64,000 nucleotides of DNA, from positions 7,168,124 through 7,232,123 of the forward strand of contig MU061579.1 in assembly GCA_013265495.1 (NCBI GenBank), read 5' to 3'. Of the stretch, positions 37,780 to 49,992 are shown in pieces; position 1 is the stretch's first letter, and each line of letters begins with the position of its first letter. The stretch is from Vicugna vicugna (Eukaryota). A model generated the notes under the pieces. That model was not told where the DNA came from. It did no database searches and saw only the letters and a list, made by a program, of their open reading frames with translations. The translations under genes were made by a program, and so were the position numbers.

Positions 37780-38199
37780 CATATGTGCAAAGCCAGGTGG
37801 ATGAACCCCTGGCACATAAGAAGTTCTATGTAAGTTTACTCTCTGTATCATCATCTTCATCATTCTCTGTTATTAAATACCCCACGGGTCTCAGATGCCT
37901 TTGAAAAGTTTTCAGCGGGGACATGATAAGATTCAGATGTGTGTCCTAAAATAAATCACATGACTTCTGTGTGGCCAGTGTATTAGAAGGCACAGAGTGA
38001 TGCAGGCAGTGAGAGGATACTGCAGTCATTCAGGTAAGAAAGAAATGATGATGTCTGGGAACAGAGCAGTGGCAGCACACACAGAGAGAAAAGGGCAGGC
38101 CTGAGAGAGAGTGTGCGTGGTGGCATCCCCCGGAGTGTGGCCTGGAACCCACCGGCACCATCACCTTGTGGCTTTGGCCGCAAGTCTTCTCCTGTCTTC

Positions 38200-38400
38200 C
38201 CAAGATTACTCAGGTGTTCCTTGCCTTAGGTAACATTCTGCATAATGTACTTTAATCTCACACTTTTAACACTCCACTAGTCATCTACTTATACATCTGT
38301 CTTCCTTGCTAGACGGTGACTTCTTTTCACACCCCTGGAATCGAGTTCGGGACTTGCACATAGTAGGTGCTCAGGAAGTATGTGCTGCATGAATGGGTGG
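38200..38400 (+). mobile_element. L2 3' end
   Basis: 'gcacatagtaggtgctcag.aagta.gtgctgcatgaatg'. Confidence 0.65.
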
Positions 38401-39084
38401 TGAGCCCTTTAACAAACAGCCGAGATCGCTGCCTCTTTGTGTTCCTATGACTGGCAGAGTGTCTTGTCCTCAGTTAGGTGCCCAGGGATATTTGAGGCTT
38501 CAGAACCACACTCAGTCTTTTCAAGTGCAAAATCTATTTTTCCTATACTTCAAAGGAACATTGAGGTCCCAATTCCACACCCATAGGGTCATCTGCAAGC
38601 ATGGGACAGTCTGTGTTCTCTTGTCCCCTGACCAGTCCATGCCTCCAGCCTTGAGTCCAGAAGCACATACATAAAGTAAGGTGGCTGGGTGGGATGGTCA
38701 CTAAGATTCGCTGAGGTTTGGGCACTCTAGGACCCTGGAAATTGCCCAGAACTAGTTCATTCCAAGCATCTATCATTATTTGCAGCTTTACAAGACGATG
38801 GTATATAAACTTCTCCCCACTTCGCCTCCTCTACAACCCCCTCTTCATTTCCAGAGCTTAACTTTTTCTAACTGCTTCACATTTCTTCCAGACTTCTCCC
38901 ACCTCCCAGATAAGGCTACTTACCCACCGTAGAGACATACCCTGTGTTGGAGACATGCCTGATTCCTGAGGGACTCCAGGGAGGATTTGGTCAGAACATC
39001 ACCCATTTCTATTCACAGCTTCTAGAAGCGACTAGGCCAGTTGTTAAAGAATATTCTCGTGGACGATGCCCACGAACAGGAGAG

Positions 39085-39265
39085 CAGCCAACATCTATTA
39101 GGAACCCACTACTTGCCAGACACACATGGCCAGGCCTACCACGTGTGTAAACCATGTGATTCTCATAGGAACCCTGCTCAATTAGATGTTACTGTTTCTC
39201 CACCTAATGGCTGGCAAAGCTGAGATTCAGAGAAGTTAAGCAGCTTACTCCAGGTCATCCAGCTT
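39085..39265 (-). mobile_element. MIR
   Basis: 'ctgagattcagagaagttaagcagcttactccaggtcatccagct'. Confidence 0.6.
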
Positions 39266-40279
39266 CGAACACCCTCTCCACGCCCTGTCCTATGTCAGGT
39301 ATGCAGCAACGGCAACCTGTACTTTAGGCAGCACCAATTTTTGCAGAACCCACTGCTGTTCTGTATATTACTTAGCAACTTAGCTAGAAAGCCTTTCTAG
39401 GCAAGGTCCAGCCAGGAATGGGAACTCAGGGACATTATAGTTAGTAGGTTATGTGGGTACTGGAAGAGCTGGGAAACCAAATGAGATGGTGAGGCAACAC
39501 AGAGATGGTTTATAATGAACTGCATCTCATCTGCTGCAGTCAGAAGCCTACTCCAGGAATTTACAGTCCAGAGAACAGGGGCATGGCTTCTCAAACTTTT
39601 CCCCTAAGACAGTTCCCACCAAGGGTACAAGAAGAGGAAACTCGTCTAGAGGGCTGGCTGCAAGCTACCAACAGAATTTGAAATTTTAAATAAAAATAAC
39701 GGGCTTCTTTCCCCAAAACCTTCAAATTGGGCCGTATTTATTTTATGACTTATCTTTACCTCCTAGTTCATGGCCACGTACCCCCATCCAGAAGATGGGG
39801 CCCCAGAACAGCTCACACCACATGTAGGCCATGGGGTCTGGGGGAGTGCAAGGATGGCCACAGGGAAGCACCGTGAAACAGGCAGGCCCAGTGGCATCAG
39901 ATCTAACCCCTGCACACCCCACAGGCTCCTTCGTCCCCCAGCCTCTGCCACAGAATTATTGTCCAGACACACAGGTCCCATTTATGTGAAAAGAGGTCTC
40001 TATAGAATTATAGGAATCCTTTGACCCCACCACTGTCTGGCCAGACTACAGAGTAAGTCCCATGCCCAGGCAGCGCTGGAGGAAACCCTGCCACAAGGTG
40101 GTACCGTGGCCACCAGGACTTAAAGGTGACAGTAGTTGTCTGAATATTTACCACGTCACCTACTCCTTAATTTTGCCACATGGCAAAGCACCTACAGGAT
40201 TTGTGCCCTAATTCGCGTGTTCAAGGTCTTTCCCACACCAAGTCCCTCCCTTGAAATTAAATTAAATAACCACTATATA

Positions 40280-40296
40280 CTGCCATCTGGTGGCGA
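40280..40296 (-). promoter_or_regulatory. Candidate CTCF binding site
   Basis: Reverse complement tcgccaccagatggcag closely matches the CTCF core CCACCAGRTGGCAG, in unique sequence. Confidence 0.65.
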
Positions 40297-40590
40297 ATAG
40301 ATGAAACCACACCTGTGAAATTCTGTCAGCCAAAATCAGTTCTCTTTTGCAAAACTTGTTTGATCACAAGCTGCTTCTTATTGTGTAATCCAGCAGATTC
40401 AAAAACAACAGAACCTCCTAAGAGGGATTATTTTAATATAATAGGAAATATTATATAATATCTAAATATAATATATAATCAGGAGATACAAATAGTAATG
40501 AAAACAAAAACAGCATTAATAATAGCTGTGCTGTAGTACTTTCTAAGTTTTATATCCATTTATTTATCTATAACATACTGGCTTCCAACC

Positions 40591-41298
40591 TTTGTAGATG
40601 GTTGGTGGGAATGTAAGTTGGTGCAGCCACTGTGGAAAACAGTATGGAGGCTCCTCAAAAACTAAAAATAGAGCTACCATATGATCCAACAGTTCTACTC
40701 CTGGGCATATATTTGAAAAAAACAAAAACATTAATTTAAAAAGATACATGCACCCCAGTGTTCAGAGCAGCACTATTTGCAATAGCCAAGATAGGGAAGC
40801 AACCTAACTGTCCATCAACAAATGAATGGATAAAGATGGTGTGATATATATACGTAACAGTATATTATTCAGCCATAAAAAAAAAGAAATTCTGCCATTT
40901 ATAACAACATGGATGGACCTAGAGAGTATGATGCTTAGTGAAAGAAATCAGACAGAGAAAGACAGATCCTGTATGATATCACTTATATGTGAACTCTAAA
41001 AAGTAAACGAATGAATATAACAAAACGGAACAAACTCAGATTTAGAAAACAAACTAGTGGTTACCAATGGGGAGAGAGAAGGGTGGAGGGGCAAGATAGT
41101 GGTATGGGATTAAAGCTACTATGTATAAAATAGATCAGCAATGAGAATGTATTGTAAGCACAAGGAAAATAACCATTATTTTTTGATAATTTTAAATGGA
41201 GTATAATCTATAAAATACTGAATCACTATGCTGTATACCTGAAAATAATATAATATTGTAAATCAACTTCAATTACTTCAATTAAAAATAATAAATAA
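40591..41298 (+). mobile_element. L1 3' end (ORF2 C-terminus, 3' UTR and A tail)
   Basis: 'ggtgcagccactgtggaaaacagtatggagg', 'aacaacatggatggacctagagag'; degenerate TSD taacatactggcttcca / taaaatactgctttcca. Confidence 0.9.
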
Positions 41299-41314
41299 AA
41301 TACTGCTTTCCACC

Positions 41315-41655
41315 TTAAAGGGTTATTGTAAAGTTGAAATGAATGAATACATGAAAGTTTCTAAGACTGTACTTGATGCATGTTAAACACTCAAATGTTA
41401 ACTACTTATAATCATTAATAAGCCCTGGCAGGATGCCAGGCATTATAGTAAATGCCATACATACTTCTGCCTCATTTAATTTTCAAAACAATCCTGATAA
41501 GCAGGAATTGTTATCATTCCCATTTTGCAGATTAGACAGCTAAAGGTCACAGATGCTGAGAAATTTGCCTAGAGATCACAAAGCTAAAAATGGTAGAGGT
41601 GGGATTGGAACCCACAACTCTGACCCTAATTTGCCCATTTAACCACTATGCTGAA
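41315..41655. mobile_element. Two adjacent MIR fragments in opposite orientations
   Basis: 'agggttattgtaaagttgaaatga' (+) and 'ttatcattcccattttgcagat...atttgcctagagatcacaaagcta' (-). Confidence 0.6.
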
Positions 41656-41709
41656 TTGCTGGTGTGGGGTGATAAATCTCAAATGTTTATATCAGTTCCA
41701 TCCCACCGT

Positions 41710-41730
41710 ACACACACATACCCAGCCCCA

Positions 41731-41765
<35 letters not shown>
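41710..41765. repeat. (CA)n microsatellite
   Basis: Directly visible. Confidence 0.95.
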
Positions 41766-41767
<2 letters not shown>

Positions 41768-42469
41768 CCTCCGTGCTCATCTGCTCATAGAGTCTGCCAT
41801 CCCTGCCCCCGAGCTGAGTCCTCACCCTTCCTGAGGAAGTTGCTGTTACACTCTCCCCATCTCAAGGCTCCAGGGTACTGGCCAGCAGTTCCCTCTGACA
41901 AAGAAGCCACGGAAACTTTTTCCAAAGAGCTGCAGACAGGAGGGAATGAGATGGAGGACTTGGGCCTGAAGGGAGGAAACAGGAGGAGAAGCTTTGTGCG
42001 TTCAGTCAGGATCATGGGTTGGGGTGAGTGTGGACTTGGGACCCAAACACACAGCATCAGTATTGGGACGGGGGTAGTTTACAAACCACTGAGCTGGGCT
42101 CTCCGCCTGCAAAAGGGTCCTGTTGGTGCCGCCTTGCCTCAAGTGTTCAATGAGGAAACAGTGTGGGAGTCAAATTGGGTGGAGGGTCTATGAGGGGAGT
42201 AACCTCCCTTCGTGGACTCACCACTTGGACTGGTAGATTTGGAAGAGGGCTTCTATGTCATGGACTCGGGCAGAGGAAGAAACTGAGCCATCAAGAGATG
42301 ACACAACTTGCCACATCCGTGCAGCTGGTGATGGAGCCATTGCCAGGACATGAACTTATTGCACCTGGCATGGATTCTGCCTGGCTGAGCTCACCCAAAC
42401 ACCAACCACCATCTGACAATATGAGTTTGGGGCACAAAACCCCTCCTGATCATTAGGACTGTCATTTCA

Positions 42470-42790
42470 ATAGTTGTTTTCCCCAAAGTTCCACAAAACA
42501 CAAGTTCTGTTGGTTGTTACTGTCTTTTACCGGGGGAAAAAAAGTTCTGTGGTTAAAAAATTTGGGGAAATACTGGGTTGAACATGGTGACATTGTTCTT
42601 TTTCATAACTATGAATGAGTTCATCTTTAAATCTCTGCTATTCCCAAACCTATTTGACCAGGGGGCCCTTTGGCAGGGGAGGAGGGTGGACATTTGAACA
42701 CATCTCGGCATAGATATCCCATCCACCCCAGTTCTGGGTGATGCTGACAAGCATATTGTAGCACACTGACTATTGAGAACACATCAAATG
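42470..42790. mobile_element. MER113-like hAT-Charlie fragment
   Basis: 'aaaatttggggaaatactgggttgaaca', 'ctattcccaaacctatttgaccag'. Confidence 0.5.
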
Positions 42791-43989
42791 GACTGTTTGA
42801 TGGTGCTGATAACAAAAGTCTTCGTATAGTCTTTCAGTTTCTCCAAAATCACTGAAGTTCATCAGCTCCTCTTTAGGAGAAAGGGGAACACACCAGAAAA
42901 TTTTGTTCCAGAGAGTTTTCAAAGCCTGCACAGAAAGGAGGAAATGGGTCTGCTGAGGAAAGAGATTGGGTAGTCAAGAATTATCTTCTTGTCCTTTTTC
43001 TACTATAGATTCAGTACCATCTATGAAGTTGGGCAGGCAGTCTTTAATTTATTTTATAAAGCGCCTGGTGGTTTCTGCAGTTCCTGGTAGTTATTTTTAT
43101 CCATCCCTCTTTCGTCCAAGAGGTCCGTACCCAGAAGTGACTCGCTAAATGTTTTTCAACTTCACCTGCTGGCCAGGTTAAGGTGAAATCCCAGACTGTT
43201 TTCTAAACATCGACCAGTTGATTTATCAAAACGGAGTTGAAATGTAAATGTTTAGTTTTATTCTGTCTCTCTTCCAAGCACTCCAACTTCTGTCAACTCA
43301 AGCCACTTCCCAGCAGCTGCTCTGAAATCCCATTGACTGGAGCCCTGGAAACGGGACATCCTTGACCCTTGGAGTTACATGACGGAGGCTTTGCTATTTC
43401 CCACGCTGCGAAGGGGAACCACAGTCCTCCTATCTCTCTCAGTTCAAGTCATGTACTTGGCTTTTGGTTTTGGACCACTGGGTGGAGTGAGATTTGATCG
43501 TGGGAAGGGATAGACCTTCTTTTGGAATCACTTATAAAATCTCACACTCAGCATTCATTCATTCGCACCCGTCACTCACCTGTCATTCCTTCACTTGAAT
43601 ACCAGGCCTGACGTGCTCTGTGCGAGCAAGATACTGCCCTGGGTTAGGCATTGTCTGTGGGGGGCTTGTGTTCAGGAAGGGAGCAGACAGCTGAGCAACA
43701 CCAGAGGACCCGACTCTGAGTCCCTCTCCAAGATGGGGCAGCCCGAGGACAGGAAACATCTCCTTTGTCGTGGGAGTTCTAATGCCCGGGACTGACTGTT
43801 GAAGAAAGGTGTTTAGTACGGACTCAGAATGGCAGCTCCTCTCCAAGGCCTTTCCCCATGTGCTTCTTTATAGGGAATCACTTAATAGCAGTGGTTTCCT
43901 GTAGGTTTTAGGTCCCAGCCCAGGGACCAGCAGAACGAGAACTAGACCTGACATCAGATTAGTGCTTTTTTTTTTTAACTTTCCTGCTT

Positions 43990-45620
43990 TTTTTCCCTTT
44001 TAACTTTTGATTTTGACATCATGTCAGACTTACTGAACAAGAAAAAAGTACAAAGAACCCTCATATACTCAGTCCCCAAATGTTAACATTTACCACGTTG
44101 CTCTGTTCTTCTGTCTCTTCACACACTCACACACAATTTTATCCTGAATCATTTTAATATGTTACAGATACCATGCCCCTCTGTTCCTAAATACTTCACT
44201 GTGAATTTCCTAAGAACATGTAACCCCAGTACAATGATCAAAATCAGGACACTAACGTTGACCGAATACTACTGCCTAATCTACAGACGTTATTCAGCTT
44301 CACCGTCATTTCAGTAACGACCTTTTACAAAAAGATCTGGCCTAGCATTCAACTGTCGTGTCTCTTTAGTCTGGAATAGTTCCTCAGTCTGTCTGTGTTT
44401 TTTATAACATTGTATTTTTTAACTTTAAACTTTTTGTTTTTATACGGTTTTTTTTTCATTTACTTTTTCTAGGTTTTTTAAAGTTACTTTCCATTTACAG
44501 TTATTACGAAATATTGGCTGTGTTCCCCACGTTGTACAATAGATCCTTGAGCCCATCTCACACCCAGTATTTGGACCTCCCACTAGTCCACCCCTATAGT
44601 GCCCCACCCCTCCCACAACCACTGGTTTGTTCTCTGTATCTGTGAGTCTGCGTTCCTTATGTTATATTGACTAGTTTGTTCGGTTTTTTATTCCACATAT
44701 AAGTGATATCACATGATATTTATTTTTCTCTGTCTGACGTATTTCACTTAGCATAGTAGCCTCCGAGTCCATCCATGTTGCTGCAAATGGCAAAGTTTGT
44801 TCTTTCTTATGACTGAGTAGTATTCCATTGTATATAAATACCACATCTCCTTTATCCAGTCATCTGCTGGTGGACATGTAGGTTGTTTCCATATCTTGGC
44901 TATTATAAATAATGCTGTTACGAACATTGGGGTGCATGTATCTTTTTGAATTAATGCTTTGCATTTTTTTTGGATATATACCCAGGAGAAGAATTGCTGG
45001 GTCATATGGTAATAACATTTCACTTTTTAAAAGAGTAGAGACCTGTTGTTTTGCAGAACATCCCTCAGGTTGGGTCTGACTGATGTTGCCTCCTACTTCA
45101 ATCCAGATTATGCTCTTTCGGCAGAAAAGCTGCAGAAGTGACGCTGAGTTCTCGGTGCGTCACATCGGAGTCAGAGGTAGCTGATTAGTCTCATTACTTG
45201 TGATGCTACCTTTGATGATTTGATTAAGGTGCTGTGAGCCCAGTTTCTCCGCTATAAAGATACTCTTTTACCCTCAAGCGTGTGGTGGGAGGATACGCTG
45301 AGACTGAATGCCCCATCCTCCTCAGACTTTCACAAACTAGTCTCAGCATCCATAGATGATTCTTGCTTGAATCATTTATCACTGGGATGGTTGTCAAATG
45401 GTGATTTCTCTAGTTCCATTATTCCTGGCTTTCTATTTGTAAGTCAGAGCTCTCCCTTTTAAAAATGTATATCCTCTGGATCCATAGATCCTTGTTTTAT
45501 TCAGTGGATTATAATCCTTTACATTAATGTTTATTCCAATGTTCCAGTTCCTGATTTGGCCGGGAGAACCCCTACAAGCTGGCTCCTGTGTCCATGTGAC
45601 CTGCCCCTGTCATTCCTTAA
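43990..45620 (-). mobile_element. Old L1MC-type 3' end, interrupted by a younger L1 (~44420-45012)
   Basis: 'cctaaatacttcactgtgaatttcctaagaac', 'aatgatcaaaatcagga'; the nested younger L1 gives ORF 44748..45023 (..QKDTCTPMF..IAKIWKQP.CP..DDWIK.MWY.YTMEYYS), the L1 ORF2 C-terminus. Confidence 0.8.
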
Positions 45621-45879
45621 GATCAGCACTATTCAAAGGCAGCCTTTTGGGGCTAGATGGAACCTTTTTCTGTATTCCTTGATTTCCTAATAGGTACTCA
45701 GTCAGTTTCTCTGCCTGGTTGAAAAACTCCTGGCTCCCACCCCACTCTGCCCCAATCTCCCCATTTCTCCCTACCTCCATCACCAACCCCCTGGTGAAAT
45801 AGGATTTTCCAGCAAGGAGACTTGACTAATAAGTGATGGGGTGTCCGCATGCCCACCTTCAAACACAGGAATGTTTAAT

Positions 45880-46282
45880 TTCAGCACAAAACACAGAACA
45901 AGAGTCAGCCCCCAACGCGTGACTCCAGAAGTGGGCAGGCGCCAGCGGCGGGCGGACTCACCACCCTAATGGTGTTTGCTTTTCTCCTGTGTAAACCACA
46001 TGATGGTTGCAGAGGATTTGCCCTTTGCTTCGCTGTTGCTCTTTTATCCAAAGAGGAAGCAAGTTCTGATTGTGCTCAGTAACAGAAGGCACTGGACCGC
46101 TGAGTTCTCACCTTTAAGCCAGTTGTTGTCAAAATGAGGGGGAAAGAAAGAAGATAGACTGCTCGTTTTGAATTTGGTTTTACTTCAGAAGAGCCTGTAT
46201 TTTTTCCCCATTTCCATGTATTGCTCTGAAAGTGGAATATTTCCTTTTTGCACCTGGGAAAGGGAAGAATTGCTCACTCAAA
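45880..46282 (+). promoter_or_regulatory. Candidate internal promoter and non-coding first exon of C4orf19
   Basis: Small CpG cluster with GC box GGGCGG (45950-45955), FOX-like TGTTTGC (45973), RUNX AACCACA (45994), and a donor AA|gtaaga at 46282/46283; inference only. Confidence 0.4.
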
Positions 46283-47789
46283 GTAAGAAGTGGGTGTGGG
46301 AGTGACACGTGAAGAGAGTACTGAATCGAAGTTGATATTAGGAATCATCATATAAGGAAGAATAATTGTAGAGCTGGGCAGGCAGGAGTTGGGTGTAAAT
46401 ACATTAGTCCCCACCCTTTTCGTCAGCGGTCACTCAACCTTGGACGTTAGAGCCTGTCTCACTGAGAGAAGGAATGTCGCTGGGGAAGGAAAACAGGGCG
46501 GTGTGAGAGCGGGCAGAAGCTCTGAGCTGGAAGAGGCTGGGGAGAGCACGGAGCATGGCCCTCAGGTAGGGGACCTGGTCTGTAGGAAACCCCTGCGGTG
46601 CCCCCTAAAGGGAGGCAGTAGGGGTGGGGTGAGGGGACCCGGAAACTTGATTTGAAGGGGCAGAGCCATCAAAACACCCTTTATAATTACATGGCTTTGA
46701 AGAAAAATATAAATCCTGTGGTTTTCCCGGGGAAAGTGGGGGGTGAGGGTGCCAAAGCCACAGACGACACGTCAGTTCTCTAAGAAACAGAGAAGTGGAG
46801 GCTCTCCAGCTGGGCTGTTAGATGTTAGCAGTCACCTCAGTTTCATGCACGCTGCTCGGTGGCCCTGGCCACAGAGGGTGGGGACGGGCTCTCCAGCTAC
46901 GGCCTGGAGCAGGCGCCCCAGGGTCGGGTTGACCTTGCTCAGCCTCAGAGACTCTGGGAACAGCTCAGGGTGTTGTTCAAGATGAGCCTCTTTCTTTCTT
47001 TCTTCCTTTCAGAAGAAAACCTTCCCCACCTACCACTCTGGAACCTACCATCCTAAAGTTGACTTACCTGATATTTTTCAGTGATTCATTATCTCACGAT
47101 TGCTTCAGCGTTATCATGACCTACAGTCTGCCCTCTCTCAGACAAGCCAAAGCTGCCCTTTTTTTTCCTTTTCTTTGTCTTTTTCTTGCCACCTATCCTC
47201 CTGACTATTACTGTTGTCTTTGTTTTTAAACGGAGTCCAAGATAAATAAAAGTACTGTAAGAGTGGAAAGGGGCCGGATTTTAGAGCAGGTGGGGGAAGG
47301 GGAGGGGAGAAGGGGCAGGGGAGGGCTGGTGGGAGAGGAGAGGGGTCAATGGCGGGGAGGAGGTTGTAGGTGGTGCTCTTGAACCTGTTTGTCCAGCTGA
47401 TACGTGAGTTATTTGCAGAAAATGGGCCCGTGGGGAGCACAGGCTGGGAACAAAATCCGGGGCTTGGGAGGCAGGGTAATGTCACTGAGAGTGCTTTGAA
47501 GATGCAAAAGGTCGGGCACACATGCTACTGGCTAAGCCCCCAATGATGTCTCTCTCTGTGGAACTCTTGTTGCACCTGGGGTTTGTGTCTGTCACTTGGT
47601 GCCACCGTTGATAGAAATATCCCATTTGGCCTTTATTCCAGAAACAAGTGTTACCTGGTGTTGTTAAAGCTGTTGTTTGTATGTGTGTGTCATGGCAACT
47701 AGATGACCTCTTTCTTAGGTGCAAAGCTGCCACCTTTTTTTTTTCAACATGCTGTATCCAGATAGAGCTGAGAAACAAATGTATGCTTA

Positions 47790-48050
47790 TTATGAATTTT
47801 AACTTGTATAATCCCCAACAAGGCTGTGTGGTAGATATATCATTATCCCCATTTACAGAAGAAATAGCTGAGGCCGAAAGTTTCACAGCAGAGCTGGGAC
47901 CTGAACCAGATAATCCAGGCGATCTCCCCATCTCAAATCTGCAGTCACATCTGCAAAGACCTTTTTTGGTCATATGAAATAGCAGACACAAGTTCCAGAG
48001 ATTAAGACCTGGATATTGGATGTCTTTTGGGAGGCTATTTTGCAGCCCTC
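47790..48050 (-). mobile_element. MIR fragment followed by an MLT1-type LTR fragment
   Basis: 'attatccccatttacagaagaaatagctgaggc'; 'gtcacatctgcaaagacctttt'. Confidence 0.55.
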
Positions 48051-49044
48051 CATAGGAGGTTACTTGTGGGTTTTATTTATTAATGTAAATCGAGTTTCCT
48101 CTAACCACCCAACTAGTCTATACTTCTTAAAAGGCACCAGTCATTTTCTCTGTGGATAAAGTCTTATGAAGTATCATCCTGGGAAATTCATCCATGATTG
48201 AAAAAAGGAAGGAAAGAGAACAGAGTCCAGCAGTGACACAGCCAGTGTCATGATGATCCGCTCTCTGCTGAGCACACGCATCTTCTGGAGACAGAGGGAC
48301 TGGTGCTTTAGATTCTGTCACTGGCTTGTCTTCTTGAAGGTTGTAGCTCTTAGAAATGGAAGATGACGTAAAGATTCTTCCACATTAATTTTTAGGATTT
48401 TCAGAGAACAGACCAGAACAGCATGGTCGGTTTGACATGAAGAGAAGGTTTTATTCAGAGAGCAAGCATGAGGAAAAATGCAGCTTGGGAAAGGTCAGGG
48501 GACAGTGGGCAAGTTAGAAATGAAAGAAGCACAGACATGAATCTGTGTCCCGCCAGGGAGCCCGAAGGGGCGTGTCCTTGAGCTGCGAGAAAGTGGAGAC
48601 ATGGAGACCATGGGTCATAGATGGGATTGGCCCGTGATGGGAAAGGCAAAACAGGAGCGGTTTAGTCCAGTTGAAGCTTGAGCTGATGAGTCCGGCTGTG
48701 ACCTCCTCGGGTCTGGAACAGGGAACTCATAGGTCAGCTGCCGCACCTTGACCTTTAATACTGGAGTAGCTAATCCCTCCACTCTCTTACACCAGCTGCT
48801 GCCACATGCGGACTGGTTACATCCATGTCCCCCGTAGAGGGCAATGGAAGAGAAAACACTCAGATCCTTTTCAATTCCACTGTTCTTCCACCAGCGTTCT
48901 TCAACCTGCATTTCCTCATTTGCAAATGGAGATGACATATAGAACTCCCAGGGTTGAGAAAAAGGTCTGGCACAGAGACAAGTGTCAATTAATGTTTGAA
49001 AACTCTGAATTGGTGATTCGGGTTTTCTCATTTTTTATTCTTTT

Positions 49045-49752
49045 TGCTGAGATATGTCCCCTCTATACCCACTTCGGTAAAAGTTTTTATCGTGAATGAT
49101 GTTAAATTTTATCAAATGCTTTTTCTGCATCTATTGAGATCATCATGTGGTTTTTGTCCTTTCTTTTGTTGATGTGGTGTATCACATTGATTGATCTGCA
49201 TATGTTGAACCATCCTTGTGTCCCTGGAATGAATCCAACTTGATTGTAGTGTATGATCTTTTTTATGTATTGTTGTTTTCTGTTTGCTAATATTTTGTTG
49301 AGAATTTTTGTATCTGTGTTCATTAAAGATACTGGCCTGTAATTTTCTTTTTTGGTAGTATCTTTGTCTGGTTTTGGTATCATGGTGATGCTGGCTTCAT
49401 AGAATGAGTTTGGGAGTGTTCCCTCCTCTTCAGTCTTCAGAGAGAGTTTGAGAAGGATTGGTGTAAGTTCTTCTTGTGTGTTTGGTAGAATGCCCTGGTG
49501 AAGCCACCCAGTCCTGGACTTTTGTTTGCAGGGAGGTTTTTTTTAGTCTATTTCATTTCTAGTGATCAGTCCATTCAAATTATCTATTTCTTCTTGATTC
49601 AGTTTTGGTGAACTGTATGTTTCTACAAACTTATCTGTTTCTTCTAGGTTGTCCAATTTGTTGCCATGTAATTGTTCATAGTGTTCTCTTATGGTTTTTT
49701 GGTATTTCTGGGATATTGGCTGTAATTTCTCCTCTTTCATTTCTTATTTTGT
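49045..49752 (-). mobile_element. Internal L1 ORF2 fragment (Z domain/start of RT) lacking 3' UTR
   Basis: ORF 49102..49383 reads [55 protein letters not shown]. Confidence 0.95.
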
Positions 49753-49960
49753 TAAATCAGTGATTTTAGATACGTAAAGGTGTTCTGGGTCACCAGTGCC
49801 CTCCTCAACACACATGTTATCCTTTTGCCAAAAATTATAACTCTACCAACTTTGAGTCTCTAGGAAAGAAAATGCAAACTTAATTCCTACTAAAATGTCA
49901 TTCACTCTGTTCTCCCCTTTTTATGCTTTCTTTTCCAGATGGTAACAAAAAATAATCCAG

Positions 49961-49992
49961 ATGGGGTGCAGGTGCTGTAAAATGTTACAAAG
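49961..49992 (+). CDS. C4orf19: C4orf19/PGCKA1 coding exon 1 (MGCRCCKMLQS; exon likely begins at 49939)
   Basis: Pyrimidine tract and AG at 49937-49938; ATG at 49961; donor AG|gtaaag at 49992/49993; phase 2 joins the next exon to give ...LQS|YLFDPVQVPSPGYVNE, matching my recollection of human C4orf19. Confidence 0.9.

Noticed and set aside
41648..42193. 181-aa ORF with a His-Thr repeat
   Set aside because: The HT repeat is a translated (CA)n microsatellite
49102..49740. Novel reverse-transcriptase system next to the gene
   Set aside because: Ordinary truncated and disrupted L1 ORF2 sequence that stops before the catalytic core
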